This document shows, piece by piece, positions 1 to 4,680 of a stretch of 5,455 nt of DNA. The stretch is from Promethearchaeota archaeon (GTDB lineage: Archaea; Asgardarchaeota; Odinarchaeia; Odinarchaeales; JBHLKK01), in contig JBHLPL010000119.1 of NCBI GenBank assembly GCA_048939465.1, positions 1 to 5,455 on the forward strand, given 5' to 3'. Below the pieces are notes generated by a model, which did no database searches, had not been told where the DNA came from, and was given only the letters and a program-made list of their open reading frames with translations. The number at the start of each line of letters is the position of its first letter. The first letter of the stretch is position 1. The position numbers and the translations under genes were made by a program.

Positions 1-1
1 G

Positions 2-142
2 CACTCCGGTCCTCGCCGCGGCCGCGTGCATCAGGCGCTGGTATTCCTTGCCAAAGAGCCCGTCGGCTTCGTCGACCCATCGCTCCTCGAAGCCGAAGGT
101 ATCGGTCGCCATGGCGATATATCCAGCTTGAACCAGTCGTTC
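2..142 (-). other. High-GC internal coding fragment resembling an alpha/beta-hydrolase (dienelactone hydrolase/esterase-like); runs off the left edge
   Basis: Minus-strand translation ERLVQAGYIAMATDTFGFEERWVDEADGLFGKEYQRLMHAAAARTGV resembles the recalled xLAxxGYxxLAxDxxGFGER pattern of alpha/beta-hydrolases. Bases 1-120 are 78/120 G+C, and 32 of the last 38 codons in this frame end in G/C, which supports this as the coding frame of a high-GC gene. Confidence 0.45.
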
Positions 143-199
143 TGTACTACCCGATTCTAACAAACATGCAACATGAGGAGGAGCAAAATAAAATGAAAA

Positions 200-304
200 C
201 TCGAAAGCTGGTTTTACTGCCTCGAATCCTATCTCTGCCACATTAACATCTTGTCTTACCCCGTATTTTGAGCAGCCAACACCTATAATTGCAACTCTCC
301 TCAT
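200..304 (-). pseudogene. 5' fragment (about 35 codons) of an archaeal-type thiolase / acetyl-CoA C-acyltransferase-domain gene, truncated or fused
   Basis: ATG at 304-302 with AAGGAGG 6 nt upstream. The translation MRRVAIIGVGCSKYGVRQDVNVAEIGFEAVKPAFE matches the typical thiolase N-terminus (RVAIIGVGxTxFG...LAxEAxxxA). Similarity stops after about codon 35, but the frame stays open to position 2. Not in the ORF track because there is no stop codon in the window. Confidence 0.75.
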
Positions 305-310
305 CTAAAT

Positions 311-317
311 CCTCCTT
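311..317 (-). promoter_or_regulatory. Shine-Dalgarno site of the thiolase-like gene
   Basis: AAGGAGG on the minus strand, 6 nt before the ATG at 304. Confidence 0.75.
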
Positions 318-330
318 CAACTTTGATAGT

Positions 331-343
331 AAGGATAATCCTT
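331..343. repeat. Inverted repeat AAGGAT-A-ATCCTT, possible operator
   Basis: Perfect 6-bp arms with a 1-bp spacer, 27-39 nt upstream of the thiolase-like start. The function is inferred only. Confidence 0.3.
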
Positions 344-388
344 CTTTATCCCTTAAGAATCTTACATCTTTCTGCGCAAGAAGCCCCT

Positions 389-401
389 CATCCTGAGGAT
401 G
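389..401. repeat. Inverted repeat CATCCT-G-AGGATG, possible operator
   Basis: Perfect 6-bp arms with a 1-bp spacer, sharing the ATCCT/AGGAT half-site with the 331-343 repeat. Confidence 0.25.
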
Positions 402-474
402 GATAGTTTACATGTTTTGCTAATGTCATCTATATTGAGCAAGACTCATTTCAGCGTCGCCTGTTAAAGAGGGC

Positions 475-491
475 AAAAAACCCCCAAAAAA
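475..491 (-). terminator. Putative archaeal-type oligo(U) terminator of the acyl-CoA dehydrogenase gene
   Basis: The minus strand reads TTTTTT-GGGGG-TTTTTT, starting 20 nt after the tandem TAG TAG stops (517-512). No strong hairpin precedes it. Confidence 0.55.
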
Positions 492-514
492 TAGAAGATG
501 AGATTTGAAACCTA

Positions 515-1705
515 CTATCTATAAGGCGCATATTCTCTTCCAAGTAAGCTCATTCCTATCGTAAGCTTCTGAGCCTCCATTGTCCCTTCAGCCATACCCA
601 TTCCAAAGGCGTTTCTAACAGCCATGTGCACATCAAACTCTGTCGTGGTTCCAGTTGCGCCGTGCCAATTCATTACATCTATGCAGGCCTTGCCGCAGTC
701 CATGGACGCCACTAGCTTAGCTTCTGAAGCAGCCATTGAGACTTCAAAGGAAGTAAAACGTCCGCTCTTGTCCATTTCTTCATGCATCCAAGCTGCCCTG
801 TAGGTTAACCATCTTGCAGCTTCCCATCTAGCGTAGTCCTCAGCCAGTTGGAACTGTAATGCCTCAAAACTACCTATTGCACGACCAAAAGCCTTGCGTT
901 GTTGAAGATAATCTATGCCCATCTCTAAAACTCTCTTTGTAGCCCCAATCATACCCATAGTCACAGGAATCCTTGTGGTAACGAAGCTTTCCATCGTAAG
1001 GTAGATTCCTTTATTCTCCTCACCTATGAGATGATGGCCCGGAACTCTGACATTTTCAAATACTATTCCACCTAATGGTAACCCTATTGTTTCAAACTCC
1101 AATGTCTTTATTCCTTCGCTATTTATGGGGACATAAATGACACTCATACCCTTGTATCCGAGTTCAGGTGTTGTTTTTCCAGTAACGAGGTGACCTCCAC
1201 CAAGCAGTACAGCTTCAGCCACATCACTCAGGTATTGTTTTTCTCCATTTACGATATAGTCATCTCCGTCCTTCTTCATGGTGGTCTTGATTGCGGCCAC
1301 ATTGGTTCCGCAACCAGGCTCCGTTGCGGCAACCCCTAATACCGCCTCCCCCTTAACGATTTTCGGCAAAAGCTCTTCCTTGAGTTGGTCGGTTCCAAAC
1401 TTAGCGAGCGTGTAGCCTTCGGTGAAGTTGAGCAAAAGAGGTATTATCGATCTGCCGCTCAGGTCCGCTCTGGCCAATTCTTCTATTGCAATTACACAGG
1501 TAATCCAGTCAGCACCAGCTCCGCCATATTCCTGGGGAATCTTTAGGCCTGGCAAGCCAAAATCCGTGAGTGTCTTATAGACTTCCTTTGAAACACTTTT
1601 ATCCTTAAACATCTCAGTGGCTACTCCTGAAATGTTCTTCTCCAGATACTCCCTTAAGGACTTCCTAAATATTTCTTGCTCTTCGGTAAAGCCAAAATCT
1701 GGCAT
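515..1705 (-). CDS. Acyl-CoA dehydrogenase family protein (divergent; loosely reminiscent of cyclohexanecarboxyl-CoA dehydrogenase-like and archaeal ACADs), 396 aa
   Basis: ACAD motifs are present: F-G-F-T-E-E-Q N-terminus, IPQEYGGAG, EELARAD, ATEPGCGTN (TEPxxGSD-like), YIVNGEKQY, FENVRVP, QRKAFGRAI, and AEGT with the C-terminal catalytic Glu (codon 589-587). The start is placed at ATG 1705 rather than TTG 1711 because AGGAGGA lies 6 nt upstream of it. Substrate not determinable. Confidence 0.95.
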   Translation of the reverse strand: MPDFGFTEEQEIFRKSLREYLEKNISGVATEMFKDKSVSKEVYKTLTDFGLPGLKIPQEYGGAGADWITCVIAIEELARADLSGRSIIPLLLNFTEGYTLAKFGTDQLKEELLPKIVKGEAVLGVAATEPGCGTNVAAIKTTMKKDGDDYIVNGEKQYLSDVAEAVLLGGGHLVTGKTTPELGYKGMSVIYVPINSEGIKTLEFETIGLPLGGIVFENVRVPGHHLIGEENKGIYLTMESFVTTRIPVTMGMIGATKRVLEMGIDYLQQRKAFGRAIGSFEALQFQLAEDYARWEAARWLTYRAAWMHEEMDKSGRFTSFEVSMAASEAKLVASMDCGKACIDVMNWHGATGTTTEFDVHMAVRNAFGMGMAEGTMEAQKLTIGMSLLGREYAPYR

Positions 1706-1711
1706 CACCAA

Positions 1712-1718
1712 TCCTCCT
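1712..1718 (-). promoter_or_regulatory. Shine-Dalgarno site of the acyl-CoA dehydrogenase
   Basis: AGGAGGA on the minus strand, 6 nt before ATG 1705, the same spacing as at the thiolase-like gene. Confidence 0.75.
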
Positions 1719-1751
1719 GTTCTTTGAAACCTTCTATGATACTGTTGTCAT

Positions 1752-1767
1752 TGAAAAGCTTTTTCTA
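1752..1767 (-). promoter_or_regulatory. Putative BRE + TATA-like core promoter for the acyl-CoA dehydrogenase
   Basis: The minus strand reads TAGAAAAAG-CTTTTCAA: a purine-rich BRE-like run followed by an imperfect TATA box about 50 nt upstream of the start codon. Confidence 0.4.
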
Positions 1768-1776
1768 TGCCACTAT

Positions 1777-1794
1777 TAGAAAAACTTATGAATA
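1777..1794 (+). promoter_or_regulatory. Putative BRE + TATA-like core promoter for the etf operon
   Basis: TAGAAAAA-CTTATGAATA, about 50-60 nt upstream of ATG 1844. It fits the archaeal BRE/TATA layout with one mismatch in the TATA box. Confidence 0.5.
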
Positions 1795-1831
1795 ACCTAA
1801 ATAAACAGCTTCAAGAGGTCTCACGAGCTGT

Positions 1832-1836
1832 GAGGT
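1832..1836 (+). promoter_or_regulatory. Shine-Dalgarno site of etfB1
   Basis: GAGGT 7 nt before ATG 1844. Confidence 0.6.
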
Positions 1837-1843
1837 AATCCAA

Positions 1844-2632
1844 ATGGACATTCTCGTCTGCATTAAGCAAGTTCCCGAAGTTACTGAAGTGAAACTTGAT
1901 CCGGTGACCCACACTTTGATAAGAGAAGGTGTTCCGAGTATTGTGAACCCTTTTGATGAGATCGCGGTTGAAGAGGCAATCAGGATTAAGGAGAAGCATG
2001 GTGGTGAGGTTACAATCATTACCATGGGTCCTCCGCAAGCAAGGGATGCCCTCCTCAAGTGTTTGGCGATGGGAGCGGATAAGGCGATACTCATAACCGA
2101 TAGGGCATTTGCAGGATCGGATACCTGGGCCACTTCATATACGTTATCCTTGGCTGTAAGAAAACTGAAATACGATATCATCTTCTGCGGTCAGCGGGCC
2201 ATAGACGGGGATACAGCTCAGGTTGGTCCTGGACTTGCAGAGCATTTAGGCATTCCCCAGATATCTCGTGTAAAAAAAGTTGAAATCGACCCGAAAAAGA
2301 GAAAGCTAATTGCCCACAGAGAATCTGATGAGGGTTACGAAGTAGTTGAGGCAAAGCTTCCTGTGCTGATGATGGCTCTCAAGGGATTAAATGAACCTAG
2401 ACTGCCTTCGATTATGGGGATAATGTCTGCGAAAAAGAAGGAAATTCATGAAATGCATGCAGAAGACATAGATGGAGATCCCGATAATTTTGGACTAAAA
2501 GGCTCACCGACTGAAGTCATCAGGACTTTCAGTCCCGAGAAGAAAAGCAGAGGAATGATTATCCAAGGTGAAGATCCAGATCAGGCTGCCAAAAAGCTTG
2601 CTAGGATTCTTATTGATGAAAGCATTGTATGA
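1844..2632 (+). CDS. etfB: Electron transfer flavoprotein beta subunit, clostridial/bifurcating-type (copy 1), 262 aa
   Basis: ILVCIKQVP, NPFDEIAVEEA, MGPPQA, FAGSDTWATS, AIDGDTAQVGP and NEPRLPS are hallmark EtfB motifs. MGPPQA, AGSDT and DGDTAQVG are typical of Bcd/Car/Lct-associated EtfB. Confidence 0.97.
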   Translation: MDILVCIKQVPEVTEVKLDPVTHTLIREGVPSIVNPFDEIAVEEAIRIKEKHGGEVTIITMGPPQARDALLKCLAMGADKAILITDRAFAGSDTWATSYTLSLAVRKLKYDIIFCGQRAIDGDTAQVGPGLAEHLGIPQISRVKKVEIDPKKRKLIAHRESDEGYEVVEAKLPVLMMALKGLNEPRLPSIMGIMSAKKKEIHEMHAEDIDGDPDNFGLKGSPTEVIRTFSPEKKSRGMIIQGEDPDQAAKKLARILIDESIV

Positions 2633-2655
2633 AATTTCGAGAGAAGTGACAGGTA

Positions 2656-3861
2656 ATGATCAGAGTAATTTTAGATAAATGCACCGGATGCGGTCTATGT
2701 GTGCCGTCTTGCCCTTTTGGGGTAATAGAAATCGTGGATAAGAAAGCTAAGATACACCTGGAGGGCTGTACTCTTTGTAATGCTTGTGTTGTTACATGCC
2801 CATTTGGAGCGATAGTGATTGAACGAGAGAAGGTTATTACTGATTTTTCCCGATATAGGGGCATCTGGATACTTGTGGAACACCACGAAGGCAAGATACG
2901 CGATACAACCTTAGAGCTCTTAACACAAGGAAGGAGGCTTGCCAGTGAGGTTGGGGAGGAGCTTGCAGCCGTTCTAATTGGTAAAGACGTGTCCAACATG
3001 GTAGAGACTTTAGCCGCCTACGGTGCCGATAAAGTATACCTTGTGGAACATGAGGAACTGGAAAGATTCACCGCTGATGGATATGGTACAGTCTTGACAG
3101 CTCTCATAACCAAGTACAAGCCATCAATTGTACTGTATGGGGCAACACTAACTGGCCGTGAACTTGCTCCTGTCGTTGCCATTAGGGTTCGGGCTGGATT
3201 GACCGCAGACTGCACAAAGGTGAGCATAAATGAAGATAAGTTGCTGCTTCAGACAAGACCCGCTTTTGGTGGAAACGTTATGGCGTCAATAGTCTGCCCG
3301 CGTACTCGCCCCCAGATGGCGACTGTTCGTCCACATGTTATCAAAAAGGGAGAACCTGACTTCGCAAGAAAAGCGGAGGTAGTACGCGAGGTAGTTGACA
3401 TAAGTCCGAAGCTTATTCGGGCGAAGATCCTTGAGGTCATAAAGGAAGTAGTTGATAAGTCTGCAAACCTCGAGGAGGCAGACATCATAGTTTCTGGAGG
3501 TAGAGGTCTCGGCGCACCAGAGAACTTCAGACTCATAGAGGAGCTTGCGAGTGTAATGGGTGCAGCGGTTGGTGCCTCTCGCTCAGCAGTGGATGCAGGA
3601 TGGAAGCCACACCACCACCAAGTCGGATTAACCGGCAAGACCGTAGCTCCAAAACTCTATATGGCCATAGGGATATCTGGTGCTATTCAACACCTAGTGG
3701 GCATGCAGACGTCCGATATCATAGTTGCTATCAACAAAGATCCCGAAGCTCCCATTTTTGATGTGGCCACCTATGGCATTGTTGCGGATCTATTCGACGT
3801 AGTTCCTGTTCTCACAGAAGAGCTACGCAAGAGTCTGGGTGACAGAGGTAACGGTAAGTGA
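2656..3861 (+). CDS. etfA: Electron transfer flavoprotein alpha subunit with N-terminal 2x[4Fe-4S] ferredoxin domain (copy 1), 401 aa
   Basis: Two CxxCxxCxxxCP motifs (C9/12/15/19 and C38/41/44/48), followed by EtfA motifs GLTADC, TRPAFGGN, RPQMATVRP, VSGGRG, VGASR, QVGLTGKTV and GISGAIQH. Confidence 0.97.
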   Translation: MIRVILDKCTGCGLCVPSCPFGVIEIVDKKAKIHLEGCTLCNACVVTCPFGAIVIEREKVITDFSRYRGIWILVEHHEGKIRDTTLELLTQGRRLASEVGEELAAVLIGKDVSNMVETLAAYGADKVYLVEHEELERFTADGYGTVLTALITKYKPSIVLYGATLTGRELAPVVAIRVRAGLTADCTKVSINEDKLLLQTRPAFGGNVMASIVCPRTRPQMATVRPHVIKKGEPDFARKAEVVREVVDISPKLIRAKILEVIKEVVDKSANLEEADIIVSGGRGLGAPENFRLIEELASVMGAAVGASRSAVDAGWKPHHHQVGLTGKTVAPKLYMAIGISGAIQHLVGMQTSDIIVAINKDPEAPIFDVATYGIVADLFDVVPVLTEELRKSLGDRGNGK

Positions 3862-3889
3862 ATGACCAAGGACTATTGGGGGTTGAAGA

Positions 3890-4675
3890 ATGGTAGATAT
3901 CATAGTTTGTGTGAAACAAGCTTTGGACGTAGCTGATCTAAAAGTAGATCCCAGTACCAGAAAGCCAAAAGTTGAGGAGACCCCGAGAAAAATCAGTGAT
4001 TTTGATAAGAACGCTCTGGAAGAAGCGGTAAGGCTCAAAGAGAAACACGGGGGAAAAATATCTGTGGTTACTCTAGGCGGATTAAAGCTGACGGAGACGG
4101 TTAAGGAAACACTTGCAATTGGCGCAGATGAAGCCTATATTTTGGACGATCAAGCCTTTGGATGGCTAGACACCCTAGCCACTGCTCAGGTTCTGGCTGC
4201 TGCCATAAGAAAGATTGGAGAGTGGGATCTTATTCTCTGCGGTGAAGCCTCAATTGATGGCTATTCGGCTCAGGTCGGACCTCGAGTAGCAGAGGAATTG
4301 AACATACCACAAATGACCTATGCAAGAAGCGTTACTCTAGATGGAAATAAAGTAGTAGTCGAAAGAAGCTTGGAGGATTCCTATGAAACTGTGGAGGCAA
4401 AAATGCCTGCACTAGTTACCGTTATAAAAGAGATTAATGAACCGCGGCTACCCACCCTAATTCAAATAATGGGCGCAGCCAAGAAGCCTATGACAACTTG
4501 GAACGCTTATGATTTAGGAGTCCCAGAAGATATCAGCGAATCTGTGTCAGCTGTGAAAATTCTGGGAGTAACGGCTCCAAAAATGGAGCGAAAGAATGTG
4601 ATTTTCAAGGGAGAAGTCGACGAAGCCGTCGACCAACTGGTTAAGACTCTGGCAAAGGAAGGCCTCATAAGGTGA
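3890..4675 (+). CDS. etfB: Electron transfer flavoprotein beta subunit, FixA/YdiQ-like (copy 2), 261 aa
   Basis: IIVCVKQ, KISDFDKNALEEA, DLILCGEASIDGYSAQVG, VERSLED, INEPRLP and GAAKKP..WNAYDLG. The pattern matches recalled E. coli FixA (KISQYDLNA, DLILCGDGSSDLYAQQVG, GAAKKP..WSAADIG) better than it matches etfB1. Confidence 0.96.
   Translation: MVDIIVCVKQALDVADLKVDPSTRKPKVEETPRKISDFDKNALEEAVRLKEKHGGKISVVTLGGLKLTETVKETLAIGADEAYILDDQAFGWLDTLATAQVLAAAIRKIGEWDLILCGEASIDGYSAQVGPRVAEELNIPQMTYARSVTLDGNKVVVERSLEDSYETVEAKMPALVTVIKEINEPRLPTLIQIMGAAKKPMTTWNAYDLGVPEDISESVSAVKILGVTAPKMERKNVIFKGEVDEAVDQLVKTLAKEGLIR
4670..4675 (+). promoter_or_regulatory. Shine-Dalgarno site of etfA2 overlapping the etfB2 stop codon
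   Basis: AGGTGA (archaeal-type SD) contains the etfB2 TGA and lies 5 nt before ATG 4681. Confidence 0.65.
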
Positions 4676-4680
4676 TTGGA

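Noticed and set aside
245-408. Open stretch on the minus strand (TIHPQDEGLLAQKDVRFLRDKEGLSLLSKLKEDLDEE...) upstream of and overlapping the thiolase start
   Set aside because: It has no start codon after the preceding TAA, no RBS and no recognisable similarity. A purine-rich strand produces such K/E/L-rich reads by chance.
1-514. Mobile element or CRISPR array as the cause of the left-end discontinuity
   Set aside because: No transposase or integrase ORF, terminal inverted repeats, target-site duplication or regularly spaced repeats were seen.
512-517. UAG stop of the ACAD as possible pyrrolysine readthrough
   Set aside because: It is followed immediately by a second UAG and a U-tract terminator, and the protein is already full length.
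1706-1711. TTG (1711) and GTG (1708) as ACAD start codons
   Set aside because: TTG directly abuts the AGGAGGA site. ATG 1705 has the 6-nt spacing also seen at the thiolase-like gene.
2680-2808. Internal sequence repeat in the etfA1 5' end (two C..C..C...CPFG units)
   Set aside because: Explained by the well-known two-fold internal duplication of 2x[4Fe-4S] ferredoxins.
3608-3618. CACCACCACCA trinucleotide run (His-His-His) in etfA1
   Set aside because: It is in frame, only about 3.7 units long, and lies at a variable position just before the QVG motif. There is no evidence for phase variation or metal binding.
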